Positions 1-13,079 of a stretch of 64,000 bases of DNA are shown piece after piece. The DNA comes from Vicugna vicugna (lineage: Eukaryota): the NCBI GenBank assembly GCA_013265495.1, contig MU058824.1, positions 3,685,111 through 3,749,110 of the forward strand. Direction: 5' to 3'. Position numbers and translations under genes: made by a program. Position 1 is the stretch's first letter; every line of letters begins with the position of its first letter. The notes beneath the pieces were generated by a model that saw only the letters and a program-made list of their open reading frames with translations, was not told the DNA's origin and ran no database searches.

Positions 1-119
1 CAGTGCAGCATGGCCAGAGCAGAGGGCAATACTCATGAGAAGAGGAGGAGTATATGTGCACTGCAGAGGGGCATCCAGAAGAAAGGTGGACTAGGAAGAG
101 AGGTAGATGGGGCTGGATG

Positions 120-364
120 AGGAGGGGCCAGACTCTGGAGCCAGACTTCCTGCTTCAAATCCCAGCTCAGCAATTCACAATCTGTGACCCTGAGTGTGTT
201 ACTTGACTTCTCTGCTTCAGTTTCTTCCTCTGTAAAATGAAGATGATACTCGTATGTACATGATAATAAATACCTTGCAGGATTATTGTGAAGATCAGAT
301 GAATAAAAACTTGAAACTGCGTAGAACAGAGCCTGGCACATGATGAGTGTTATATTAAGTGTTA

Positions 365-365
<1 letters not shown>
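120..365 (+). mobile_element. MIR SINE
   Basis: MIR core (ttcaaatcccagctc...tgtgaccctgag...cagtttcttcctctgtaaaatg) and 3' end (gcctggcacat...tgttagct). Confidence 0.85.

Positions 366-424
<59 letters not shown>
365..424 (+). repeat. (GCT)20 trinucleotide microsatellite (CTG/CAG type)
   Basis: 60 bp uninterrupted. Confidence 0.98.
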
Positions 425-427
<3 letters not shown>

Positions 428-569
428 ATGAGGGCTACCTGCCATCAGCCCCTAGGTTTGGGTGCAGTTCCAAGACTATGACCCAAGATCACATTGTCCC
501 TAATGTGACCTGTGCAACACAGATCTGTTACAAGACGACCATACAATAATCCATCACAATACGGAGAGG

Positions 570-742
570 TACAGGCCTGGGGATCAGGTTCCAACCTGAG
601 CACTGCTGCTAACTCAGTAGGTGACCTTGGGCACGTCCCTTCTGCTCTCTGGACTTCAGTTTGACCCTCTGTAAAATGACGGGGGAGGATTATGATGATG
701 TCTTAGGGGCTCTCTTCCAGCTCTATCATTCTGTGATTCTAA
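570..742 (+). mobile_element. MIR/MIR3 SINE fragment
   Basis: gtgaccttgggca...ctctctggacttcagttt...ctgtaaaatg...cttccagctctatcattctgtgattcta. Confidence 0.7.
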
Positions 743-1519
743 ATCCCTTTATAACAAACTCTAGGAGAGGAGCTTTGCTCTTGCAAATGGAGTGTAAAGT
801 TAATCCTGCCTGTGCCGAGGCTAACTAATGTGCCTGTGTGGTTTATCCTACTTCATTAAACCCAGACTCCCCACAGAGCGATGCACAAGGCAGCCCAGGC
901 AGGTAATACTGAAGTGTTGCTGAATTGGGTCTCCTGATGGAAAATGATTTCCCCCAACTCTTTCTTGGGTTTAGCAACACAAAACCTATAGCCCCATTTT
1001 CCACACTGTGACTTTGCCACATGTGTAGATTCAGACCCAATCATAGGTATGGCAAGTTGGATCCTGAAACCTCGTCTATGTGTGCACACCCCACTCCACC
1101 GCCACCAGCTGCAGTGATTCTTCACGTCATTTCACACGTGAAGAAACTGAAGCTCAGACAGATTAGGGGACTTGCTGGGGGAGGCACAGGGGCTGGTCTG
1201 ATGTAGGAAGCGAGGGAGGGCAGTGCAGTTGTTGAGTGAATTTTTCTCGCTAAGGGATGGGAAAAAACGGAAGGTAATTGAGAGGCTCTCAGGCAATGCC
1301 CCCAAGTGGGAAAATTTCCCCAAGGATCCTGACCTTTTGTAAAACTTCTTACTGATTCCTGAGTCCCTTTTTCCTAAGACTAAAAGAGTCCGTTTCTAAG
1401 ACATTCCAGATTGTCTCTTGAGGGCACAGTTGAACAGGAACTATCTTGAACTCCCTCAGTTTCCTTCTTTTAGTGTGAAATATAGTACCGATACTGAAAA
1501 ATACATAAAGCACATATGT

Positions 1520-1625
1520 ATAGTTTAATGAGTAATTTAATAACATTGGGCAAAAGAGGCAAAACATAAAGAATACACTGAGTATGATCCCATTCATATG
1601 AAGTTAGAAAACTGACAGACTCTAT
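1520..1625 (+). mobile_element. Old L1 (L1M) 3' UTR fragment
   Basis: aagaatacactgagtatgatcccattcatatgaagtt resembles L1M 3' UTR consensus. Confidence 0.5.
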
Positions 1626-2472
1626 GTTTGGGCAAAGTGGCCAAGTGCTTTGCTCACTGCTACGCAGTGGGTAGACCATGCAAGCCCTCATCTCCCTCCA
1701 CCTCACTGAGCATGGGCCCCACGGAGGACCAAGAGGCACAGAGGCACGGAATATTAGGCACTCACTCATTTTTTCATTCCTCAGGTGCTTTGCACATCTT
1801 ACTACATAGGGGCCTCAGGCCTGGGCATGGTGGGGAGTAGAACATGGAGCTATAGATCCTGCCCCCAAAGAAGCAAGAAAAGCTAGAATGAGTTGAGTCT
1901 GAAATTGGGGGAAACACCAAGAGGCTTGGAAGTGCCTGGCTGTCAGTCAGGATACACTCTCATGGCTCTACTTCACTAAAGTGCCAGATGGAGCAGGTCC
2001 CACCAGGAAGGAGGAGCCAGAAGAGATTCCCTTGGCCTCAGAGAGAATGACTAGGTTACTGCAGATGACCACGACCAGCCTTCATGCCAGCCTCTTGTTC
2101 TTGAAAGTCAACTAGACAGCAGTTTATGTGCAAATGGATGAATCTCAGAGAGGTTGGAAACTGGGCTCCAGAATGTCAGAAAGGGAGGGCCTTGTGACAT
2201 TTCCTGCTCCAATGGCCTTGTTTTGTGAATGAAGAGACTGAGATCCAGAACAGAGTGACTTTTGATCCTTCTCTGGGCCTTAGTGCCTCCATCTGTCAAA
2301 GAGCTAGAATCCAGGTTCCTGCCCCAATACACAGTTCTCTGTCTTGGCCCAGATGAAAGCAACAATATTTTTCAAGATGGGTTTTGTTTTTTGTTTTGTT
2401 TTGTTTTGTTTTGAGGTCATGAGATCGTAAAGAAAGAGAACATAAGAGCTGAAAGAGTCCTTGGTAATCTGT

Positions 2473-2665
2473 CTAGTCCAGTGGGGCCCACACCAGGCTG
2501 GTCATCAAGTCACCTGAGGAACTTATTTTTAAAAATACAAATGCTGGGACAGTAACCCCCAGATACTGGGGTTTATAAGGACTGGTATTTAGTAGGACAG
2601 TTTGGCCATCTGCATTTCTTAAAGATCCCCCAGTTGATTCCAAAGGGACATTCACATGCCTAGAC
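2473..2665. mobile_element. MER5-like hAT-Charlie DNA transposon relic
   Basis: tcacctgaggaactt...aaaaatacaaatgctggg...atctgcatttcttaaagatcccccagttgattc resembles MER5A from memory. Confidence 0.55.
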
Positions 2666-5600
2666 AACTCTGTCCAGTTGACAAAGGGAGAAATTGAGGC
2701 CCATATTAGGGGAAGCAGAACGATGTTCAAGGTCACATTCCATTTCCCCACAAACTCATCAGTTGTCCACAGACAGCTGGGCCAGGCTGCATATATATAA
2801 GAGCCTTGATATATTAATGGTGTTTTTCCCTACCATTGTTTTCGTGGTTAACAACTTTTATTTTTTTGCAGCAGCTTAAAAGATTCCTAGACATGCTGCA
2901 AGGCTCTCAGATTTGTGCAATGTTTACAATGACTTTGTTGTTCATTAAACAAATTTACCCAGACTAACCCAACATGAAAGAAATTATCTTGTTTACAGTG
3001 AGATCCTGACACAAATACATGTGGCAAAGACAGACAAACATACAGAAACCTGGATTGCCGAGTGGGACATGATTTGCTGCTACATTCAATTTTTCTCATT
3101 AGAACTTGTTTTATTTGAACATGATTCAGTACCCCGTGTAAACGCGAGGTTGTTAATCTTATTACTATATGGAAAACAAATTAATTAGTATGCATGCTAT
3201 TGGAGATGAGTTGTAAGGTTGGTGTTGGAAAGATTAGGAAAATACACTCATTACTCCAAATGATATCTGATATACATGTCTGATTCCACTTTAAGACCGG
3301 TTCCAATGTATGGGCAACAAATATAGCTAATAAAAATCAAGCTTTTGTGCTCAGCATCTAAATGTTGGTATTGGCCAGATACAGACATTCTGGGCTTCCT
3401 TTTTTTAAAACAAAGATCAACGTGATGAATAGCAGCTTGGCCCTTTCCCTCATCTGAGACTCACCTGCCGCAGGTACCTTCTCAGTTTCCAGCTCCCACC
3501 CCAAACGAAACCTAGCTAAGAGTGATTTTCTCTTTCTTCCACATGCACACCACACTTTGCATGCTCCTCCCTGAGCACTTTCTACCTATTTTAGTGGCCA
3601 TAACATACCTCATTTTTCCAGGGGACAGTGTGCTGCCTGAGGGTGGAGATTATATTCCAACTGTAGAGTCAAATATTGATCAGAATATCATGTTACAGAA
3701 ACAAACAGAATGAGAAGGCTCTTTATGTACCAGCATATGACACCAAGCTGTATTGTTAAGTGTGCACCTGCGAACTAATTACTTCTGGAAGTATTCTGGG
3801 AACATTCATTACCAGATTGGAGGGGGGGACCTGGGTGGTTGAGGAACAGAGGTAGGAAGAGGCTTTTCCTCAGGTTCCTTTTGTGCCTTTTGAATTTGAG
3901 CCATATGTTTGGACTACTGAGTCAAAATACAAACAAACAAATAAATAAATATTAAATTTAAAAATAAAATCTAGTTTAAAAAATTTGCTTAAAAAAATAT
4001 ATCCCACCAAAAAAAAAAAAGTAATTTGAAGTACTAAAGACTTGGGAAGTTCTTTAATTAATAAACCTGTTTTATTTTAACTCTGTTACTAGACCTATTT
4101 CACCAAACAGCTCCAAAAGAAACATAAGGTACCCAGGTTTCCCAAATGGTATTGACCCTGAAATCCTTTCTAAAAATATTCACTTATTACCACCTCGAAA
4201 AACACAAGTGACCCACTAACATGCTGAGGCAACATTTTAAACTGGAGGGTGGAAAAGGAGGTGGATACTGACTCTCCTGCCAACTACTTGAATAAACCAA
4301 GTTCTTTCTCTTCTCTGGGCTTCAGCTATGTCGTCTCTAAAATAAGCCAGCTGGATGAGATTATCTCTGACGTTCCTTCTAGCTCTGAAGTCCAGGGAAT
4401 CTCTGGCAAGAATATATCAAAAAATCTCCTCCAAAGTGAGCTCATTTTTTTGAGTAGCAATTGGAGACAAGGAGGTCTGTGATGCTTGTTAAAAGAATTT
4501 ACAAATAGATCCGATGTGGACATATTTTCCCTACTTCTCCAAAAATCCAAAAGATTAGCAAACACCCCGAGATATGCCAGGAGGTTATAAGAGACTAATG
4601 CAATCATTTTTGGTTCACTACAGATAATGGTATCACCAAAATCTCAGCACATCCACTATTCACTGGATATCCATTGGCAAAACCCTAAGTTGAGACTCAG
4701 TTTCCTCAGCTAAAAGGTGGGTATAACAATTGCTTTGCTGCTGCCTTCATATTCTTGGTAAAGGTGTTTAAGTTGTGACAGCAACATAGGTAAGAGAATA
4801 GAGAGCTGATGACAGGTTTGTCAAAGCATTTATTTAATGAGTAAAAGTGTTGTCTATCAAATTATCTTTCATTTGTTAGTAGATTTCCCTTGGTTGGGGC
4901 AAAAGGGTGGTATGAAGTTATCATACTCATCCATTACTGGATGCAACATAAATTTGTAAAAGTCTTTTGTGAACTGATTTTCCCATAGATATCAAGAACA
5001 AGGACCAGGCAAGAATTCAGTCCCTCTGACCCAGTAAATCTAGATCTGGGGATTTTAGGAGAAAAAAAAAAAAAAAAAGGAAGAGCATGAGAGGTATGAA
5101 GACATGCACTTTGGGATTATCTGTGATAGTGAAAATTTGAGTCCTTCTAAATATACATTCCTGGGGAATGATATATCCATTTAAAAGGGTATTAAGCAGT
5201 CATTAAAATAATCACTAAAATGTTTATTTTTAAATTATAATTATGAAGGCCATGTGGAATTATAATGATAAACTGTTAAGTAAGAAAGCTGAATACAAAG
5301 CTGTAACCACATTAATAAATTACCTATGTAAATTTAGCCAGCATGTAAGTCAGGACAGAAGAGGAACACTGAACAGTTCATTTGTTAGGATGGTAAGATT
5401 GTGGATAATTTTCTTTTCCTTTTATTTCCTTTATTGTCATAACATTGTGAACTAAATAAAAATCTGGGGGGAAAAAGTACAATGAAAGCAACAGATAGGT
5501 ACATTTTGCTGTATCCTTCTTAAGTCCTTTCACTGAAGGACGGGATTAAATGTGGCTTAACATAGCACATCATAAAATAAGACCCACATATTGCATTTCC

Positions 5601-7300
5601 TCTAGACCCTCCTACCCTTCTAAGAATAAATTAAAATATAAACCTTAGAGGTGATTTTTTTTAACCCAGGATTATCTCATTATTCTATTTAAAACATATG
5701 AAGAAAGAGAATGTTCTCTTTTTTCTTTTGGATTAAAAGTTTCCCCAGCCAAGTTTCATATATCTGTCTTCCCTTTCTTGTCGGTGGGGCCCGGGTCCTC
5801 ATTACTACATTATGCATTACTCCACCTGCTGGGCCCCCACTCGTATATATACACTGTGGTAGAGAAGGTCCTGTCAGATCAAAGGGACCCCAACTAGTCC
5901 TGCTTTGTGAAATGATCGTTTCTGCCCAGGCTGCCACCTAGATCCATTTTCAGGATCTTTTGAGATAATGTGTAAGAAAACATGAAAGTGCTTTGCAAAT
6001 CCTCCAGAACTGTGTCCAGTTGGATCTTTTCTCCTTAGGAGTCAGTATGGTATCATGGAGGAAAACAGGGGTAGAATCTGGGTAAGGGGAGGGTAGGGGC
6101 GGGAGGAGGACTGGGTTTTAAGGAAGCTATATAGTGTTAGCAATTAAGAAATTTGGCTGTGAATTTGGATTTGGCTTTCAGATTCCAGCTCTGTTATCTC
6201 CAAACTGAGTGATCCTGAACAAGTCTCCATGTCTCTGAGCCTCAAAGTTCAGATGTGACTCAACTCGTGCTGGTAATGTATGTGAAACACGGTGCCCTGT
6301 AAATAGTGAGCGCTGAAGAAATGTCTGCTACTCTCACTAGTCCTGCCCCTCCCGCTAACTTAGTGTGGAAAGTTTGGCAATTCTGTTTCCTTCCCTAGGC
6401 TTTAGTGCCTCCCTCTGTCAAATGGGGCAAGGCACTGGATTCAATGACCTTCTAGGGCTGTCTCAGGGACAAAGATTTCACAGTGGTGGTTGTAGCAATG
6501 TCCTTTTAAAGATAGATTTATGTGGGAATCTGTACCCCAAGAGGACATGGCCATGGGAATGGGTTTCCAGAAATGTTCTGCACACTGGACTCTCAGGCCC
6601 ATAATCCTGCTCCTGCTTTACTCCTGAACATGCTTCCCCCCGTTGACATTCCAAGACCACCCCTTCCAGCTAGGATTATTTGTCCAATCATGCTGGATGT
6701 TAAAATCCCCCTTGTACTGTCTGAGCAGGTATTTTCACAGGAAGCTTCACTGTGCGACCTTGTTTGTTCTTTCCCGAGGGCAATGACTAGGAGCATTGGA
6801 CCAAAGGGCAGAACTTGGACCAATGGACAGATGCTGCATGGCAGCCAATGCATGCTCAATGAGGAAAGGAACTTTCTGGCAGCCATTCCATAATGGAGTT
6901 CCAATTGATTCCTTTTGGAACCAATTCCAAAAGGGGTTAGTGAGCTCCCTGTCCCTGGAGGTATTCAATCTCAGGCTATGACTATTTACTGAGATGCTGT
7001 AAAGAAGCCAGCCTGGATACAACTCATACAATTTAATGACGCTCACTACCCCAAGTCCCTGTGCTATTAATGAACTATTTACTGATTTATTACTTAATTA
7101 GCAATACATTAATTGATATACTACTAGTTGTACCACCTTAGAGGCTCTGGCCTATTCTAAATTCTCTCTGAAAAGAATTCCCACTGGAGGACTCCTGGGG
7201 TTCAGGCCTGGTGGAGAATCAGACAGAACACATGACTTATGACATCTTTCTGAGCCTTCTTTCCCACAGAATAAAATTCTTTCTACAAAATATAGGAGGG

Positions 7301-7320
7301 GTGTGTGTGTGTGTGTGTGT
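7301..7320. repeat. (GT)10 microsatellite
   Basis: Read directly. Confidence 0.95.
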
Positions 7321-8438
7321 TTACAATAGAGTTTGTCTCATTAGTGCACAATTGACTGCAATTATGTCTTTTCATTTTCCCCCTAGGATCGGAGGTTTGC
7401 TTTCCCTTTCAGCTCCACCCAGCTGTGTTTTTTTTCTCCGCAAAAATTCTAGATCCAACATTGTCTTTTCAGAAATTTAGCAGCAGTATCATGACAGCTG
7501 TTAACCTATGGCTCTCAGATGTGCTTGAGTTGAATTTTCTGTTCTTTGCTTTCTCTCTTGAAGTGCTGGCAGAGGATGCTTCAGAAAGAACCACACAATT
7601 TTTTAACACATGAGTACTGTCGGCCTCTTCCTATACAAACCTTCACTCATAGCTCCTGTCAAATGCTGGGTCATCAGCTCCTCTACCAAAGGAGAAATAT
7701 ATTTAGTCAACCAAGAAACATTTTCTTTAAACAACATTGGGAGATCTAAACCCATTGTAACAATAAGTCATGCAGCAATGCCTGGCTATTATATCATTTG
7801 GTCCTCTAACAGCCCTGAGAGGTAGGTTAAGTGAATGGCAATTAATCTCCCCATTCACAGGATAGCAAACTAAGGGACAGAGATTTGAAGTCATACTGTT
7901 AGGATCTGGTAAAGTGGGAGCTAGAGTCATGGACCGCAGAGGCCCAGTCCACAGATGGTTTCCCCTTCACTATATTTATTCATTCGTCAGACTCGGAAAT
8001 GAGCATTTGACACTGTCCCTGCTCTCACGAGAGAAAGCAAGAGGGCAAATTGCTATAATAATGTGACAAAGGCATTAGCAGCAGTTTGGGACCCAGAGGG
8101 AGCCTGATATGTTCACTCGTGGAGTGACCCAGGCATAATGCAGACACAAAAGCCCATAGAAGCGGGCGGCAGTCACCTCTGTTTAGCCAGAGGGGCTCAG
8201 CAAGAAAAAGGGTCTTGCAAAGATCAGAAGGAAGTTCAGATGTTCCTATGAGTGTCACCTGCAAACCTTAAAATTGCTCTAAAGCTACCGTACCTCCTTG
8301 GGGATTCCGTTTTCTCAGCTGGTCCTAGCTTCACCACCAGGGAACATGCTCTATTCTCTGGCTCTGCTATTTCCAAAATAGGCCAAGCATTTTCTGTCTC
8401 CAAGCCATTTCTCATCCTAAACCTTTGACATGTAGCAC

Positions 8439-8570
8439 TTTTTTTTTTTTTTTTGGAGGTAGGGGTGGGAATTAGGTTTATTTAATTATTTTTAGGGGAA
8501 GTACTGGGGACTGAACTCAGGACCTTGTGCATGCTAGTCATGCACTTTACCACTGATTTACACCCTCCCC
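8439..8570 (-). mobile_element. tRNA-derived SINE, camelid Vic-1-like
   Basis: Minus strand reads GGGGAGGGTGTAAATCAGTGGTAAAGTGCATGACTAGCATGCACAAGGTCCTGAGTTCAGTCCCCAGTAC, then an AT-rich segment and poly(A); Pol III A/B-box-like motifs. Confidence 0.85.
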
Positions 8571-9055
8571 CATTGCATTCTTCTCCCCATCCTTTTCAAC
8601 TGAGTCTTCCAGGCTTAGATCAAATACCACCTCCTTCAAGAAATCTTCATATATTCCCCCACAAGCAGGAAAGGACTCCCTTCATTTTCCTAACTGTGTT
8701 TAGTTAAAAGCCTGATCAGGTTCTGCCTCATATTATAGGCTTATATCTCTGAGCCAACTGTGAACAATGTGAGGGCAGCAGTCTCATCTCCCCATTAGGA
8801 CTAAGCACTGGACAATCTTTGCTGAATGGAACTGAATCAAAAGTAGTAGGAGGGGACAGATAATTCTTTGGGACTTTGGGGGCATATTGGGAATGGTTCA
8901 CAAATAGGGTTGTTGGTACGTTTGGGATCTGGTGCTGCCATACTAACAAGCTCCAAGTTCCAGTGTTTGGATAGGTGTAGACCTGGTTTGGGGGAGAGGG
9001 AGGCAGAAGTCAGTGAATCATGGTTTAGTCCTTGCCCGGGAAGAGCTTTTAAGCC

Positions 9056-9225
9056 AGTGCTTCTTAATGGATGCTTCAGTTACCTCTGTGTCAGACTCAC
9101 CCGGGGAAGTTACTAAACATCTGGGTTCCAGGCGCTGTCACATACCACTAAATCAAGCTCGCTGAAGTTGGAACCCAAGGATCTGCATGTGATTCTTCTC
9201 ACACTGAAGCTTAGAAGCTACTATT
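9056..9225. mobile_element. MER5-like DNA transposon relic
   Basis: Starts cagtgcttcttaa and ends gtgattcttctcacactgaagcttagaagctact, a MER5-type layout. Confidence 0.5.
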
Positions 9226-12069
9226 AACAGAGAACTGAGTGACCTACTGCTGGAAGAGATGGGGTCCCAGAAGTAGAGCCCTGACCATGAGGACTGGATA
9301 CAAGACCCCATCTCAGACACACAGGGACAAAGATAAGGGAGGTTGTGTGGCCTGAGCAGTGAGTGGTGGCCACTGACTGTAGTTGTGGGTTGGTGTCCCA
9401 CAGCACAGGATTTACTAAGGTGCAGAAGAAACATTCCAGGCTGGGTTTTTTTGTTTTCTTTTTTTCCAGGTTAAGTTGTTTTGGTTTGTTTTTTTTAATG
9501 AACATTGCAAACTTCCAGGGACAGAAAGTGGAAAATTGATAGAAATGAAACTTTCCTCTGTTTCTTTCCTTGGTCCCAGGACCTTTCCCCTGTCTCTCCC
9601 TTTTCCCCTTGGGGCCATTCCATCTGGGAAGGAGAGAATCTTGCCCTCTTAAGGGAGGTGTGGCAGGGGCTTGCCCACCTTATCCAGTCTCCTACCTTTG
9701 CCCAACTCCCCACACCACTGTGAATTCCTTCCCTCAGAGACATCTGCCATTCCTGTCACCCCAGTTCCCTTAGTCAGCTCTTCTCATAGCATTTTGCATA
9801 TACATTGATATCCAGCAGCCTCATCTGTAAATCATGCTCCTTGTGTCTTTATCTTACAAAGTCCTACTCACCCTTTTACACTCATCTAGGTCACCCCTAT
9901 GGCCTCCCCCTTTCCAAAGTCTGGCTTGACCACCCTGCTCAGTTCTCTCAAGGCCCCCTTTGGTACCATCTATCCTCATGCTCTTTGGTCTAAGTAGAGG
10001 TCTGTCTCCTCTTTGGACAGGGCGTGGGGCTCAAGTGGCATTACACCCTGGTTCTTGAGACAGGGCTGGGCACCCCTTCCAGGGTGGCTGTGAGGATTGA
10101 ATAACTCCTCTGCACGCAGTCTTGCCCTCCTCTCTGGTACTCATGACAGTGGGCAGCACTGTGCTGACCCCTGAGGCTGAGGGGGCAGGGAACTTTAGTG
10201 CCTTAAGCATCAGATTCCCTCACTAGGTCCAGAGAAAGAGTAGAGGGCTAGCCACTTGGAGTATGTGGCTGGAGTATCTGGACGAGGAAGCACGCCGCTC
10301 CTCCTCCGCCATGCCACCTGGGAAACAGCTTCTGCTTGGGTGGCCAAAAGGGCATTAGGGGTAGAGCAGTCCTCTGGGTCTCCAAAGCTGTCCCAGCCGG
10401 TGCAACCTGGGCACCAGGCCGTCACTGAGGGCCTCAGAGGAAATGGAGGAACCAAACACTCGCTATCTGGGCTTTGGAGCTGGGACAAAACCCAGCTCTG
10501 AGCTTAATTAAAAAGAGTGCTTAATCCCTCCCCCAACAGATGCAAATCGCCCACAAAGGAGAACGGAACGCCAGTGGCCAGGAAGACCCAAAGCCTTATA
10601 AACAAGCACTCTCGGCTGAGCAGGGCAGCTTCGCTATGATCTGATACAATGACTATTGTCAAGGAGTGCTGTTTTTCCATGTTTTTGTATCCTTTTCTTC
10701 ACATTTTCTTTTGCTACTTAATTTCATGCATCAGAGGTCAAAAGACAAAAGGTCAGGCCTGGTTTAGAGGCAGCAAACTCCCCACCACCAGGAACGTGTG
10801 TCCAAAGGAGTGCTTTGAGGCACCGCCTGCAGACACCGGCAGGTTTCCATCCCCGCCTAATTCTCTTTTGTCACTTCATGAGGTACATGAGTCTACGTGC
10901 AAATTGCATAAGCAATGAGACACCAACTGCTACACTAAACTAGGAAAAATTTGCCCCCTCTTTCAGTTCACCAAACTGTTTCTATCTCATACCTTGTTTG
11001 TCAGAATTTGTACCTAACAAGAAGCTCACCTTCGGGCTCTCCACCTGCCAATGCACAGAACTATATATAATATATAATACACATAATTGTAATATATATA
11101 AACATATGCTGTAAATATAAAATCTGAATAGATATTCCTTAATTGTTTTTTCCCCCAGGAGAATTTATAAATATGTCTTCAGAAAATTACCAACATTTGT
11201 CCTAAAAATTGCTTCATTGAAATTTTAGCAGTATTTTAGCATGAATAATTTAGTATGATTCTTTTAATATGAATATTTTGTCCTAGACCTCTAATCTTTT
11301 CAATGCCCCATTTTGGAGTCTTAAGTAATAGTGGATTGTTAGTTTCCTTGTGTTATGGGTAGACACTTACGTGTTTGTAAGGACAATACACATCAAGATT
11401 TCCCATTAGAAATATTTTCATGATTAAGGGGGAAATGACTTTCTTGTTCTATGTTCATAAGCTCCTCATACCAACTTGGTATGCCAAATTGCTTTCACCT
11501 GACTGAAAATAAATTAGAGGACATCTTTAATTTTTCTTATTGTTGACAATTTTTTAGTCGACTGGCATTCAATGTCTGAAAGTCTGACCCCCACCTCAAA
11601 TACAAAGTAAAGGAGAATATAAGCACTTTGGAAAGTGTCTCTGGTGATCACTTGACACTGAGCTGGATGTAGGGCTCACCTTAAAGGCCCTTTGGACCCA
11701 AGCCCAGCTTCTTTTCCCTTTCTTATTCTGGGCTGAGTCCTGGAGGAAGCTACAGCAAATAGCTGGTCAGTTTGTTAAAAATGGGTAATCAACAGCAAAT
11801 GTGAAAGAACTTTAGAGCACACGGTTTTATATCAGGCATGTTCTCAAATCTAGACTTCATATCCTGCAGTCCACTTTCCTCTCCATAAGGCTTCCTCACA
11901 AAAGAAATAATAAAAGCCAGTCCAAAACCTGCCATGAGATTGAGGCATTCACTTGGCGATTTGCAAGGTCACACAGGGAAAACACCCCCATCCTGCTGTG
12001 ATCCTCTCCCACAGCTCTGAAGTTATTACGGGAAAGTGGAAAATGAAGGAAAGGGGAAAACTGAAGGGC

Positions 12070-12320
12070 CTGCTTACAGGCGCGCTTTACTTCCATTTAA
12101 CATTCTGATCTGCGTCCAAAAACTGTAAGAATCGTTAAACCTGTGCACGCACTCGAAATCACTTGTGAAGTAGGCTTCTTTATTTTCCAACACTTCATGG
12201 TATCAAATTATATCATATTAAAATGTTATTAGTTTAAAACATATTAAATAAATGCAGGTCTGGGTTCGCGCATGAATATTTAAAGTTCACATTACATTAC
12301 ACGGAAAAATAGGAGGAACA
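12070..12320. promoter_or_regulatory. Candidate midbrain-hindbrain boundary enhancer element with overlapping Pax and POU-like sites
   Basis: TTCGCGCATGAATATT at 12265-12280 in non-repetitive sequence with homeodomain-type ATTA cores and retained CpGs. Motif-based only. Confidence 0.45.
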
Positions 12321-13079
12321 AAGGGGTGGGGAGAGTTAACGATTCATTGTATAAATATTGGTAGAAATAAAACATCCTGCATATAAACTAACTTTGGCAA
12401 AATATGATTTTATTACTTACAAATCACGGTATTTGTAAATATAAAAGGAAATATAAGAGGAGATAAACTGATTTAAACTTGATTTCAGTGTTGGATAATC
12501 AGAGTGCCAGTAAATTTTTTCAATGCCCCGTTTTGGATTCTTAGGTAACAGTGGCTTGCTGGAAAGTGTTGGCAAATTTTAAATACAACTGACTGCCTGT
12601 TTTCCATATTCATATATTGCTAATGTAACTCCAGGATACTGAATTTTATACCAAAATTCTCTAAGAGTTGCCTGCATATCACGTCTCTGTGCATAAGTAT
12701 ACCACATACACTTGATGTCTGCCATGTGTACCTGTGTGCTGGAAAACAGTCGTGGAACTGAATTGAATTTACAGGATTTCAGTTGAAATGAACCCATCCT
12801 AATGACCCGGATCTGGACTGTTTGAGACTTCTCTCAGTAACACTTTTAATTAAAGCAAGAAAGGCAGTAAAGTAAAACAACAATAAAATAATCCACCTTG
12901 AGCTTCAGATTCCCCAAACACAGCCCATCGTGTTTTCCAGCACTACCCGTGTTTCTGGGTGGCAAACCGCTAGCACATGGTGTCTTAGGGAGCCAGAAAC
13001 CAGAGCTCGAAGCCCTTTATGTGCAGAGGACCCCAATGCCAGCAGAAATGGGTGCCTCAACCCAAACCATTCCTCAGCT

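Noticed and set aside
340..549. ORF with a long poly-cysteine run
   Set aside because: Translation of the (GCT)20 microsatellite at a MIR tail; no coding context.
6080..6110. G-quadruplex-capable G-runs (also ~42468-42500)
   Set aside because: Common in mammalian DNA, with no supporting context.
8439..8570. Possible tRNA gene (also 40377-40523)
   Set aside because: Degenerate tRNA-like head followed by an AT-rich tail, with a TSD on one copy: SINEs, not tRNA genes.
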